NCBI GenBank assembly: GCA_017517275.1
Contig: JAFWZX010000038.1
Coordinates: forward strand, 388-64,387
DNA length: 64,000 nt
From: Clostridia bacterium
Lineage (GTDB): Bacteria; Bacillota; Clostridia; UBA1212; UBA1255
Direction of reading: 5' to 3'
Shown: positions 26,360-36,035 of the stretch, in pieces
How positions within the stretch are numbered: the first letter of the stretch is position 1
How the letters are laid out: each line of letters starts with the position of its first letter
The notes under the pieces: generated by a model
Database searches by the model: none
The model's input: the letters and a program-made list of their open reading frames with translations, nothing else
Told to the model about the DNA's origin: nothing
Program-made: the position numbers and the translations under genes

Positions 26360-27137
26360 CCTCCTTTACTCCAAATGCTTCTGCCATAAGCTCTGTGAAA
26401 TATACAACGGGAATAGGACTTCCGTTTTTCTCCAGGTTGTATTTGCAAAGCGGGCATGCCGTTACAATCAGGTCAGCGCCGCTGTTATAAGCACTTTCTG
26501 TTACTTTATGACTTCTCAAAGCGGAAAACTCAGGATTTTCAAGAGTTATATAGCCGCCGCAACATTCATTTCTTTCTGAATATATTACAGGCTCTGCACC
26601 AAGCGCCCTGATAAGATCTTCCATAATAGTAGGATTTTCAGGATCATCTGTATGCATAACACTGTTTGGACGAAGTAGCAGGCAACCGTAATAAGCCGCA
26701 ACTTTTTTGCCTGCAAGTGAATTTATTACCTTCTTCGCAACATTGTCGTATCCTACTTTGTCTCTTAATAGCTCAAGATAGTGAAGTATCTCGGTAGTGC
26801 CGTCATACTCTTCACCTTTGCCAAGATAATTGTTGACACGTTGTGCAAATTCAGCGTCGTTTTGCATCGCGTAATTCGTCTGCTTGATAACGTTGTGGCA
26901 AGCAGAACAAACAGTCACCAGAACATTGTTGTTTTTCTTGGCAGCAGATAAGGCTCTTACGGATGAAAGTTTGGTTGCCACTTCGTCGCGTGAGGTAGTA
27001 AATACGCCGCCGCAGCACTGCCAATCTTCAACCTCTTCAAGAGAAACGTCAAGTATTTCAGCGCACTTCCTTGCATATCTGTCAAGCTCTTTTGCTTTTG
27101 TTTTTAATGTACAGCCCGGAAAGTATGCCACCTTCAT
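26346..27137 (-). CDS. hdrB: heterodisulfide reductase subunit B-like (two CCG domains)
   Basis: It has two Cx(n)CCGx(n)CxxC units: PGC...QCCGG...CSAC and YGC...ECCGG...CPLC. The product is 263 aa. Confidence 0.85.
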   Translation of the reverse strand: MKVAYFPGCTLKTKAKELDRYARKCAEILDVSLEEVEDWQCCGGVFTTSRDEVATKLSSVRALSAAKKNNNVLVTVCSACHNVIKQTNYAMQNDAEFAQRVNNYLGKGEEYDGTTEILHYLELLRDKVGYDNVAKKVINSLAGKKVAAYYGCLLLRPNSVMHTDDPENPTIMEDLIRALGAEPVIYSERNECCGGYITLENPEFSALRSHKVTESAYNSGADLIVTACPLCKYNLEKNGSPIPVVYFTELMAEAFGVKEDANA

Positions 27138-27156
27138 TTAATATTGCCTCCTTTTA

Positions 27157-28533
27157 TTAAACCATCTGTTCAGGATGGAAAACTTCATCAAATTTTTCTG
27201 CTGTAAGGAAGCCAAGTTCTACGCATGCTTCTTTAAGCGAAATATTATCTTTAAATGCTTTTTTTGCTGTCTTAGCGGCATTTTCATATCCGATATACGG
27301 ATTAAGAGCCGTAACAAGCATTAATGAATTATGCAGATTATGGTGCATTTTTTCCTTATTAGCCTTGATACCTACTGCACAATTCTTATTGAAAGACAGA
27401 ATTGCTTCTGCTAAAAGTCTTGCCGACTGTAAAAAATTGTAAATACATACCGGCATAAATACGTTGAGTTCAAAGTTTCCTTGGGAAGCTGCCATGCCAA
27501 CGGCTACGTCATTTCCCATAACCTGAACGGCAACCATTGTAACGGCTTCACACTGTGTCGGATTAACTTTTCCGGGCATAATTGATGATCCCGGTTCATT
27601 TTCCGGAATATAAATCTCTCCCAATCCGTCTCTGGGTCCGCTTGCAAGCCACCTTACGTCATTTGCGATTTTCATCATGTCGCAAGCAAGAGCCTTAATA
27701 GCTCCATGAGCAAATACTATCTCATCTTTTGATGTAAGTGAATGGAACTTATTGGCAGCTGTTACAAAGGGCTTGCCGGTAAGACCTGCAACCTCAGCTG
27801 CCACAACCTCACCAAAGCCTTTTGGTGCATTCAAGCCTGTACCTACAGCAGTACCGCCTAATGCCAGTTCACAAAGTGGTGCGATAGAACGTTCAATAAG
27901 CTCGACGTCTTTTTCAAGACTTGATCTCCAGCCGCTTATTTCCTGGCTAAAAGTAATAGGTGTTGCATCCTGTAAATGGGTTCTGCCGCTTTTTACAATA
28001 CCTTCGTTCTCTATTTCAAGGTGTCTGAAAGTATCAATTAATGTACGTGCAGCCGGAATAAGCTTATTTTCAAGCATCAAAACAGCTGCAATGTGCATAG
28101 CAGTAGGGAAAGTATCATTCGAAGACTGACTCATATTAACGTCATCATTTGGGTGCAGAAGCTTTTTACCTGCAATCTCATTACCTCTGTTGGCGATTAC
28201 TTCGTTAGAGTTCATATTAGATTGAGTTCCGGAACCGGTTTGCCATACAACTAAAGGGAAATTATGGTTCTGTTTACCTGCAATAATCTCGTCACAAGCA
28301 GTAGAAATAGCAACCAGCTTTTCTGACGTCATCTTTTCCGGACGAAGCTTATGGTTAGCCTGGGCCGCTGCCTTTTTCAGTATTCCGAACGCATGGATAA
28401 TCTCCATAGGCATTGTTTCAATATTAACACCAATTTCAAAATTCTCGTGACTTCTTTGTGTTTGGGCTGCCCAAAGCTTATCGGCAGGTACTCTTACCTC
28501 GCCCATAGAGTCATGTTCGATACGATATTCCAT
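27157..28533 (-). CDS. fumC: class II fumarate hydratase
   Basis: It has the signature [16 protein letters not shown], plus [12 protein letters not shown] and THLQDA. The product is 458 aa. Confidence 0.93.
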   Translation of the reverse strand: MEYRIEHDSMGEVRVPADKLWAAQTQRSHENFEIGVNIETMPMEIIHAFGILKKAAAQANHKLRPEKMTSEKLVAISTACDEIIAGKQNHNFPLVVWQTGSGTQSNMNSNEVIANRGNEIAGKKLLHPNDDVNMSQSSNDTFPTAMHIAAVLMLENKLIPAARTLIDTFRHLEIENEGIVKSGRTHLQDATPITFSQEISGWRSSLEKDVELIERSIAPLCELALGGTAVGTGLNAPKGFGEVVAAEVAGLTGKPFVTAANKFHSLTSKDEIVFAHGAIKALACDMMKIANDVRWLASGPRDGLGEIYIPENEPGSSIMPGKVNPTQCEAVTMVAVQVMGNDVAVGMAASQGNFELNVFMPVCIYNFLQSARLLAEAILSFNKNCAVGIKANKEKMHHNLHNSLMLVTALNPYIGYENAAKTAKKAFKDNISLKEACVELGFLTAEKFDEVFHPEQMV

Positions 28534-28566
28534 TTTTAATCCTCCCGTAATCTCTGTGAAAATTAC

Positions 28567-29499
28567 TTAAATCTCAACGCTTGCTATCGTTGCTTTGAGA
28601 GCATCTGCACTCTTTTGAAGTTGCGCAATCTCATCGTCAGTAAGCGGAATGTCCACTTTACTCTTAACACCGTTGCGATCAATAATATTAAGAGTACTAA
28701 GGCAAACATCACTGATACCGTACTCACCGTTCATCATTGTTGATACAGGAAGAACAGTAGGCACACCGTCAATAATAGCTCTGCATATTGCACATACAGC
28801 AATTGAAATTGCATAATATGTAGCACCTTTGCGCTCAATAACCTTTCCGCCTGCTTTACGAACGTACTCTTCTGCTTCCTCGCGATTAAGCTCGTAATCA
28901 ACGTCGAAAGCTTTGCTGCACTGATCCAACGGAATACCGCAAATATTTGCATTTGACCACGGAACAAATGATGAGTCGCCATGTTCGCCCAATACGTAAG
29001 CATGTACGTTTTCATGTCCAATCTCATATTTTTCTGAAAGATACGCACTAAGACGTGCTGTATCGATTGTATTACCGGAACCAATTATTCTGTTGAGCGG
29101 GATACCGGAACACTTGCAGAATGCATATGTAAGTACGTCTACAGGATTGCTTACCAAAACGTATATTGCCTCAGGAACACGACGTGTAATTTCCGGAATA
29201 ACGCTCTTTAAAATGTCAATATTAACCTGAGCAAGTTCAAGTCTTGATTGACCGGGTTTTCTGCCCACACCGGATGTGATAATAACAATATCTGAACCTA
29301 TAGCATCATCATACGTGCCACCATAAATTTTTCCTGGATTACAGAAAAAGATACCTTGTTCGATATCCAGCGCTTCGCCCTCAGCTCTTGCTTGATTAAT
29401 ATCAATAAGAACGATTTCCGATGAGAGACCGGAAACAACTAATGAGTGTGCAATTGTTGCGCCAACCTTTCCACTTCCGATAATTGTAATTTTGTTCAT
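28567..29499 (-). CDS. mdh: LDH-like malate dehydrogenase (L-2-hydroxyacid dehydrogenase, Arg at the substrate-discriminating position)
   Basis: It has the Rossmann motif KITIIGSGKVGAT and a catalytic His in GEHGDS. The substrate loop GVGRKPGQSRLEL has Arg where LDHs carry Gln (..NQKPGETRLDL). Confidence 0.8.
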   Translation of the reverse strand: MNKITIIGSGKVGATIAHSLVVSGLSSEIVLIDINQARAEGEALDIEQGIFFCNPGKIYGGTYDDAIGSDIVIITSGVGRKPGQSRLELAQVNIDILKSVIPEITRRVPEAIYVLVSNPVDVLTYAFCKCSGIPLNRIIGSGNTIDTARLSAYLSEKYEIGHENVHAYVLGEHGDSSFVPWSNANICGIPLDQCSKAFDVDYELNREEAEEYVRKAGGKVIERKGATYYAISIAVCAICRAIIDGVPTVLPVSTMMNGEYGISDVCLSTLNIIDRNGVKSKVDIPLTDDEIAQLQKSADALKATIASVEI

Positions 29500-29596
29500 A
29501 CTTTCTACCTCTTTTTTCCACTTTCTCTAATGCTACGGCTATTTACAACCATGCAAAAAGCCACCTATTGTTCCAAATTAACACATAGGCTTTGCG

Positions 29597-29625
29597 ATTG
29601 TATCACTTTTATTTCTTTTTTACAA
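29597..29625 (-). promoter_or_regulatory. putative sigma-A promoter of the mdh-fumC-hdr-flx-frd operon
   Basis: In the minus sense it reads TTGTAA - 17 nt - TACAAT, about 95 nt upstream of the mdh ATG (29499). Confidence 0.5.
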
Positions 29626-29720
29626 CATTTTATTACATAGCAAAATACAAAAACATACAGTTTTTGATAAAAACAATTATTTAACTTTGTTACGATAGTA
29701 TTACTTCAAAAAGGCTTAAA

Positions 29721-30962
29721 TCATTCAGCATTCAGAACTGCAACAATAATCTCCGGCCTGTTATTAACCCTAAACGGGAAACGGCTGTTGCCAAGTCCTC
29801 TGCTAACGATCATCTGTGTGTTATTTTCGATAAAAAGACCACTGTCATATTCCGGAAATAATCCCTGTCCCGGGGAAAAAACGCCACCAATAAATGGAAT
29901 CCTTACCTGACCTCCGTGCGCATGTCCTGTAAAAACCAGATCCGCATCACACTCTACATACTCATTAAATAAATCAGGTCTGTGACTTAAAAGTATAGTA
30001 TAATAGTCTTTCGTTTCTTTTAAAAGTTCCTCAAGAGCATTTTTAAACTCATTCAAATCATTTTGATCGTATGATCCCGTTACAAAAAAACCAAGATCGT
30101 TTATTCCGGCAATGCAGATTTTATCACCGTTTTTTTCAATTATGTCATATTCCTCATCTAAAACCACTACGCCGGCATCCTCTAAACGAGCCTTGAATCC
30201 GTGATATTGTCCGTATATACCCGCCTCGTGATTACCTGTTACAAAATACGTAGGAGCAATTTGTGTAACCTTTTGGGCAAAATTAACCGTAACGTCTATA
30301 TCAGTTCTGTTCCCGTCTATCATATCTCCCGTAAAAAGGATGACGTCGGGTTTGGCAGCTTTTATATCATCTATAAGCTTTTTGTTATTCTTTCCGAATT
30401 CTGCATTATGCAAATCAGATATCTGAACTATTTTAAATCCATCAAAGCCTTCAGGTATATTCTCGCTTTTGACTATAATATTCGTCGTTACAAGTGCTTT
30501 ATTTCCCCATGCAATCCATATTCCACCAACAATAATCAAGACAGCAAGAGCAGACAGGATAATCAGTTTGCGAGATTTCCTTGTCTTTTTCTGTTCTTCA
30601 GTCTTGTTTTTACGATTTTTCACAGCTAATTTCGCCTTTTCATGTAATTTTCTTAATATTGCAAGGGTTTTTTGATCGTTCGGAAATAAAAATCTTAATA
30701 AGGCAATTGCAATTACCAGCGTTATCAGTTTCTCCGGAGTGAAAGGAAACCACAAGAATGCCATATATCCTCCGCCTACAGCGGCCATCCATCCGATACC
30801 AAAGTACGTTCCTACCGCAAAGAAGACGTATGACCAACCGTTTGTAATTATCCAAGCAAGTCCCAGGCACAAAAGAAGTCTAGGATTCAGTATAAATTGC
30901 AATACAGTTTTTATTATGTTCTTTACCTTTTCCTTATTCATAACATTTTTATTATGGCACAA
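29721..30962 (-). CDS. membrane-anchored metallophosphoesterase (calcineurin-like)
   Basis: It has the motifs ISDLH, GDMIDG, GNHE and GHAHGG, with N-terminal TM helices. The start may be the second Met (MNKEKV, 30941). Confidence 0.8.
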   Translation of the reverse strand: MCHNKNVMNKEKVKNIIKTVLQFILNPRLLLCLGLAWIITNGWSYVFFAVGTYFGIGWMAAVGGGYMAFLWFPFTPEKLITLVIAIALLRFLFPNDQKTLAILRKLHEKAKLAVKNRKNKTEEQKKTRKSRKLIILSALAVLIIVGGIWIAWGNKALVTTNIIVKSENIPEGFDGFKIVQISDLHNAEFGKNNKKLIDDIKAAKPDVILFTGDMIDGNRTDIDVTVNFAQKVTQIAPTYFVTGNHEAGIYGQYHGFKARLEDAGVVVLDEEYDIIEKNGDKICIAGINDLGFFVTGSYDQNDLNEFKNALEELLKETKDYYTILLSHRPDLFNEYVECDADLVFTGHAHGGQVRIPFIGGVFSPGQGLFPEYDSGLFIENNTQMIVSRGLGNSRFPFRVNNRPEIIVAVLNAE

Positions 30963-31039
30963 TTATCCGATTTTGACAATTTAACTTTTAATGACAAACA
31001 TGGTATAATCTATACATAGCATTTACAGGGGGTGTTCAG

Positions 31040-31699
31040 ATGGTAAGTACAATCAGAAAAACAGCAATATTTCTTATGTTTGCCCTTTGTGCGGTGATGC
31101 TCGCGTCCTGCGCAAACATATTTGGTGAAAATCCGCCTGCAGCTGAACCTGTAGCAACTCTGACGCCCGAACCGGATAATCCCACCATAGCCCCGCCAAC
31201 TAAGGCTCCGGAGCTGACACAGGAGGAAGTGGTGGCGGATTATTTTGAAAAGCGTCAATTATGCATATCTTTCTACCTGCCTTTTTTTGGCAACACGCAG
31301 ATAGGACAAGAGAAATGCTCTGCAGATGACGGACTTATCTTTATTTTAAGCTACTATGACTTTTATAACAAATATACAGAATACAAACACGATATCGATG
31401 ATGACACATTCTATTATGAAATCCCGGCGCAGCTCATTCAGAGCTTACTTGATAAAACGTTTGTAAATCCGCCGCTGATAACAGACAGCACATTTTATAT
31501 AAAAGGTTCAGATATCGTAAAATACCAACATACCGACAGCGTTTTAGAGTCCGCCACCGGTATGCTTACAATCAATTCTGTCAGAAAAGAGTCAGACAGA
31601 TTTTTAATATTTTTCGCAGGAGACAATATTTCTTCTGTATTAACTGTTTATCAACGGGAGAACGGCTATATAATAGAAAGCTATTTACCCAATGATTAA
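31040..31699 (+). CDS. lipoprotein of unknown function
   Basis: It has a signal with a lipobox (FALCAVMLASC|ANIF) and a short Pro-rich linker. I do not recognise a family for it. Confidence 0.65.
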   Translation: MVSTIRKTAIFLMFALCAVMLASCANIFGENPPAAEPVATLTPEPDNPTIAPPTKAPELTQEEVVADYFEKRQLCISFYLPFFGNTQIGQEKCSADDGLIFILSYYDFYNKYTEYKHDIDDDTFYYEIPAQLIQSLLDKTFVNPPLITDSTFYIKGSDIVKYQHTDSVLESATGMLTINSVRKESDRFLIFFAGDNISSVLTVYQRENGYIIESYLPND

Positions 31700-31707
31700 A
31701 CCCGCAA

Positions 31708-33933
31708 TTATTCTTCATACGTCAGAAATTCTTTCTCAACCGAAGCTGTAACGTCTTTGTTGATATCTGTAAGAGATAAGTTATTTTCTTTGATATAGTC
31801 ATCTATTTTATTATCAAATTTCTCTGCTTTAATTGCATTTGTAATTTGAGTCTTAACAGCTTCACAGGAAACGTTCTCATCATCTGCCGCGATGCCCTTT
31901 TGTTCTGTAATCGTTGTAATTCCCTCTATAACAAATATCTCGTAGCCCTCTTTCGTTTCGAATACTTTCTTTGAACCGATTTCTGTCTGGCTGTAGATCC
32001 ACTGATTAATCTGGTCATCGAAATCTGAATATGCTTTTACAATGTCTGCAAGTCCTTCGTCTGTATCAACGCCGGAATCCTGTGACCATGCCTTTGCTAA
32101 AGCAGCCAGAGAATCTCCGTCATCAATCTTAGCTATAATAGCTTCAACGATCTTATATACCTCTGCCTTCTGCTCATCTGTGTATTCCTTGCCATCACTG
32201 TCGACAGTAGATCTTAGTATTCTTCTTACAGTGATAATCTTAAGTTCTTCTTCATGTTGAACGTAATATTCAGCTATCTCATCATCAGAAGCTGTAATAT
32301 CCTTAATGATAGCTTCTGAATAGTCATTTACCTGAATCTGATCTATATATATCTTTTTGTAATCTTCAACATTCATACCTACGTAGAGGTTCATAAACTC
32401 ATCTCTTGTAGAAACTTCATAATACGAGCCGTAATATGAGAGCATTTGATCGATTTGGCTGTCCAGTTCAGCCTCGTATGAAGCTATTTTTTCTTCAGTA
32501 AGTGCATGTTCTGACTCCATAGCAATCTTCTTTGTTACCATAAATTTCAAAAGCAATTCTACAGCTTTGTCATGAGTAGCCTGGGAATACGTTTTACCGT
32601 CTTTATACTCTTTTTTCATCTGTTCAATAAGATATTCATACTGTTGCTCCAGCTCCATATCCTCCGGAATCTCCAGGTCGGGTAATAAAATCGTAGATAC
32701 CGCCTGTGAAAAGAATTCTCTATAATACGGCTTAGTTATGATTATATCACCAAGCTTTGCAACAACCGTAGTATCTGCCGCAGCATCATTATATTCTACA
32801 GGTGTAGCGCTGGGAGCCTGTGTGGCACTCTTATCATCGTCCTCATCTTCGAAGTCACCTACAAGACTTCTTAAAATGATCTTCTCTGCATATGACTTAT
32901 TAACGTCTTTTATTTCATAAACTTCCTTCTTCGACTCTTCTTCGATAAGCTTGCTTACAACGTCATCAGCATATCCTATCTCTACCTTTGCTTTGACAGT
33001 CTCATCATCAAACGTCTTTATACCTGTACATTGCATTATATGATAGCCATACGTTGTCTCGACTATTTCCAAATCATCAGATACTTCCTTGCGAGAGACT
33101 GCCCACTGCTGGAATTCCGGAACAAATTGTCCGTTTGCAACTACGTCGTAATAACCGTCTTTGGAATCGTCACTTTTCTCAACAATCTCATCCATAGTCA
33201 TTTCACCGTTGTTATATTTCTCAATGTACTCTTCTGCCTTTGCAAGAACCTCAGCCTTCTTTGTTTCATCAAGGCCTTCAGTTTTTAGCAGTGAGTGTCT
33301 TACTGTAACTATTCTGTATAAATCAACGTTCTCTTCATAAAACTTCTTCAAATCTTCTTCGGTAAACTCTACTGTCTTACCTAATTCATCCTGGAATTTG
33401 TTAAGAGCTGAGGTAAAGGCAAAATATTCCATATAATCGTCAGCAGTCATTCCATACATCATACCTGCCAGTTGATTTATAGAAGAAAACGAATATCCAT
33501 AATACTGATAGTACGATAAGTAATATTCAAGCTCTGACTTAGCCTCCTCTTCAGAGCTTTTTAACTCTTCACTTGTAGCCCACTTGTTATCCTTTACAGC
33601 CATTTGCTTTGCAACGATCATAAGTTTCGCTCTTGACAAGGCCTCATTTATAAAATAGTCAATATAAAGCTCCCCTGATTCTGTTTTCTTTTCTTTCAGT
33701 TGCTCAAAGAATTTTTCTCCCTCTAATGTGTAATCCAGACCGGTATCTTCATCTTTGTATAATTCATCAAGCACTTCGTTAAACATCGCCATAAATATGC
33801 CGTCAGCTACATTGTCTCCGTTAATTTTTGCAACATAACTTACGGGCTTCTTGTCCTTGCAAGCTACGAAGCACGTTACCATAAGGCATATCGCCAATAA
33901 AACTAATGCAATCTTTACTATATTCTTCATCAT
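31708..33933 (-). CDS. PrsA/SurA-like foldase lipoprotein with two PpiC (parvulin) domains
   Basis: It has a lipobox (LMVTCFVAC|KDK). Two parvulin-type segments end in TTYGYHIMQC and TKEGYEIFVIEG. The product is 741 aa. Confidence 0.75.
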   Translation of the reverse strand: MMKNIVKIALVLLAICLMVTCFVACKDKKPVSYVAKINGDNVADGIFMAMFNEVLDELYKDEDTGLDYTLEGEKFFEQLKEKKTESGELYIDYFINEALSRAKLMIVAKQMAVKDNKWATSEELKSSEEEAKSELEYYLSYYQYYGYSFSSINQLAGMMYGMTADDYMEYFAFTSALNKFQDELGKTVEFTEEDLKKFYEENVDLYRIVTVRHSLLKTEGLDETKKAEVLAKAEEYIEKYNNGEMTMDEIVEKSDDSKDGYYDVVANGQFVPEFQQWAVSRKEVSDDLEIVETTYGYHIMQCTGIKTFDDETVKAKVEIGYADDVVSKLIEEESKKEVYEIKDVNKSYAEKIILRSLVGDFEDEDDDKSATQAPSATPVEYNDAAADTTVVAKLGDIIITKPYYREFFSQAVSTILLPDLEIPEDMELEQQYEYLIEQMKKEYKDGKTYSQATHDKAVELLLKFMVTKKIAMESEHALTEEKIASYEAELDSQIDQMLSYYGSYYEVSTRDEFMNLYVGMNVEDYKKIYIDQIQVNDYSEAIIKDITASDDEIAEYYVQHEEELKIITVRRILRSTVDSDGKEYTDEQKAEVYKIVEAIIAKIDDGDSLAALAKAWSQDSGVDTDEGLADIVKAYSDFDDQINQWIYSQTEIGSKKVFETKEGYEIFVIEGITTITEQKGIAADDENVSCEAVKTQITNAIKAEKFDNKIDDYIKENNLSLTDINKDVTASVEKEFLTYEE

Positions 33934-34184
33934 AGTCCTCCGTCTGAAATAATTCTAAACATTTCTTTACTGTCTTCTTTTTTTGTACTGTTATTTATAC
34001 ACATTACTTCAAATTTTGTTTTACTACTGCCAAAGCTTACCTCAACAATATCTCCCACATTTACATCCGTGCAGGCCTTTGCTACTTTGCCGTTAATTGT
34101 TACTCTGCCTGCATCACACGCATCGTTTGCAACCGTACGTCTTTTTATAACTCTGGATACTTTAAGATATTTATCTATTCTCAT
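33930..34184 (-). CDS. S4-domain RNA-binding protein (YabO-like)
   Basis: It reads MRIDKYLKVSRVIKRRTVANDACDAGRVTINGKVAK, an S4 motif. The product is 84 aa. Confidence 0.8.
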   Translation of the reverse strand: MRIDKYLKVSRVIKRRTVANDACDAGRVTINGKVAKACTDVNVGDIVEVSFGSSKTKFEVMCINNSTKKEDSKEMFRIISDGGL

Positions 34185-34846
34185 AACTCGTCCTTCTTTG
34201 CTGCATCTATAACTTTGTTTGTATATTCTCTCAATGCCAGATTACTGTCTACTCCTTGCTTTTCGGCCAGGCAGCACACATCAAAGAGCATTTTACCAAT
34301 ATCTTGTGAAAAATCTATGTTATTTAATGTGTTTTCAGGAAGATTTTTACCTGACTTTTTGATTCTCTTATACACTTTCTGTGCGCGGAGTGTTGCCGGA
34401 AACACTTCCGGGATATCATCAAGTTCCTCAGAAAGTGAAGTAAACCCCTTCTCCTGCGTCTTCATCTTCTCCCAGTTAACCAGAGCCTCCTTGCAATCCT
34501 GCGCATCTACATCACCAAACACGTGAGAATGCCTGAATATCATCTTGCGGGCACAACCGTCTACCACGTCATCAAAGCCAAACTCGTTATCCTCAGTACC
34601 GATAATAGAATGAAAAATAACCTGCAAAAGCACATCGCCTAACTCTTCTACCATTTTAGGAGTGCTCTGCTTGTTAATCGCATCGACCGTCTCATAAGCT
34701 TCTTCAACCATCCCTTTTGTAAGGCTCTTGTGCGTCTGTACGCGATCCCAGGGACAACCGTCAGGAGACCTCAATATTTCAATAATTCTATACAATTCGT
34801 CTAAAGTATATTTCTCATGATCTTGCTTAATCTTAATATCTGTCAT
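34181..34846 (-). CDS. mazG: MazG-family nucleoside triphosphate pyrophosphohydrolase
   Basis: It carries GCPWDRVQTHKSL...EEAYET...EELGDVLLQV, an EExxE/D MazG motif. The start is placed at MTDIKIK (34846); the 86-aa upstream extension in the ORF track is hydrophobic junk that overlaps the divergent tadA promoter region. Confidence 0.85.
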   Translation of the reverse strand: MTDIKIKQDHEKYTLDELYRIIEILRSPDGCPWDRVQTHKSLTKGMVEEAYETVDAINKQSTPKMVEELGDVLLQVIFHSIIGTEDNEFGFDDVVDGCARKMIFRHSHVFGDVDAQDCKEALVNWEKMKTQEKGFTSLSEELDDIPEVFPATLRAQKVYKRIKKSGKNLPENTLNNIDFSQDIGKMLFDVCCLAEKQGVDSNLALREYTNKVIDAAKKDEL

Positions 34847-34972
34847 ATATATTCCTCTTGTTTTACATTGTTTTATTGCTGAGTGTATCGTATAATTATA
34901 GCACCGTTGTTTGATTCTTACAAACATTATTATAAATGTGACGGGGGTTTTAATTTGTTCCATTCCGATTAT

Positions 34973-35392
34973 ATGCGCAAGGCAATATGCGAAGCGCTGA
35001 AATGTGATTCTGACGTTCCTGTGGGCGCCGTTATAGTTAAGGATAATATTATCATAGGTTCCGGCCATAATACCCGGGAAGAAGATAATAAAATCACCGG
35101 ACATGCTGAGATTTGCGCCATTAATGCAGCCTGTGAAACGTTAGGTTCGTGGCATCTTGAGAATTGTGATATCTACGTAACGTTAGAGCCTTGTCCTATG
35201 TGCGCCGGTGCAATAAAAGCTGCCAAAATACGAAGCGTTTACTTCGGAGCGTTTAATAAAACGGACGGGGCAGCTTTATCGGTTTATAATCTTCTTTATC
35301 CTGAAGTAATCGTCTATCCCGGTATTCTTCGGGAGGAATGCAGCAGTTTACTTACGGATTTTTTTGAAAAACTTAGACTCAGGAATTCTTGA
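34973..35392 (+). CDS. tadA: tRNA-specific adenosine deaminase
   Basis: It has the motifs GHAEICAI and PCPMCAGAI with an N-terminal VPVGAVIV. The start at MRKAICEAL is likely; the GTG at 34883 in the ORF track is probably too far upstream. Confidence 0.85.
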   Translation: MRKAICEALKCDSDVPVGAVIVKDNIIIGSGHNTREEDNKITGHAEICAINAACETLGSWHLENCDIYVTLEPCPMCAGAIKAAKIRSVYFGAFNKTDGAALSVYNLLYPEVIVYPGILREECSSLLTDFFEKLRLRNS

Positions 35393-36014
35393 TAATCGCA
35401 TTTTCAACAGATCTTCCTAATTCCTGGCATTGGTCAAAGCACTCTTCAAGCAATTCGTATATTATTCTCCATTTTTGTAATTCAATTGGATCTTTTTCGC
35501 CGGCAAACAGTTCTTTTACTGTGCTACGATATAAGTTATCTCCTTCATATTCCATTTCATTCAACTCATCAATGGATTTACGTATTGTGGTGGATTTCTT
35601 AAATGATTTAAATTCTTCTAATACGTTGCGGGCTTTTGCCAGACATTTGCACAGCAGCGAGACGAAAACATTAATGTTCTGATTCATTCTTTTTATATTG
35701 TACATATTAAACGCAAAAGCCAATTCTTCAATTGCATCTGTTACGTCGTCGATTCTCTTTGCAATTTCCAGAATATCTTCACGCTCTATCGGTGTAATAA
35801 ATGCGATATTGAGTTCGTATACGATTTTAGAATATATTTCATCTGCCTCATGCTCTTTTTTGTGCATTACGTTTAAAATTTCCGGCAGACTGTTTTCGCT
35901 GAATTGAGGCGAATACTGTTTTATTATATCAGAAAGCATATCTCCCAGTATAATTGAGTAATCTATTGCCTCTACGAATAATGCGTAATAATCCACTTCT
36001 TTCTTCTTTGCCAT
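35379..36014 (-). CDS. DUF47/PhoU-like phosphate-transport regulator (YkaA-type)
   Basis: It is an all-helical 211-aa protein with a repeated E-x-x-x-D pattern (HKKEHEADEI, MEYEGDNLY). It lies immediately downstream of a PiT transporter, the usual pairing. Confidence 0.7.
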   Translation of the reverse strand: MAKKKEVDYYALFVEAIDYSIILGDMLSDIIKQYSPQFSENSLPEILNVMHKKEHEADEIYSKIVYELNIAFITPIEREDILEIAKRIDDVTDAIEELAFAFNMYNIKRMNQNINVFVSLLCKCLAKARNVLEEFKSFKKSTTIRKSIDELNEMEYEGDNLYRSTVKELFAGEKDPIELQKWRIIYELLEECFDQCQELGRSVENAIIKNS

Positions 36015-36035
36015 AATATTTAACCTCCTTGCTCA

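Noticed and set aside
23524-27137. HdrABC/MvhD genes as evidence for methanogen-type CoM-S-S-CoB metabolism or an Mvh hydrogenase.
   Set aside because: The context is bacterial (PASTA kinase, SleB, T-box, Firmicutes gene order). No mvhA/G hydrogenase or CoM/CoB genes are in the operon. The partners are Flx-type NAD(P)H modules and FrdAB-like genes.
34847-35104. An 86-codon N-terminal extension of the mazG ORF in the track (307 aa total).
   Set aside because: The extension is hydrophobic nonsense and overlaps the start of the divergent tadA gene. The MazG homology begins at MTDIKIK (34846).
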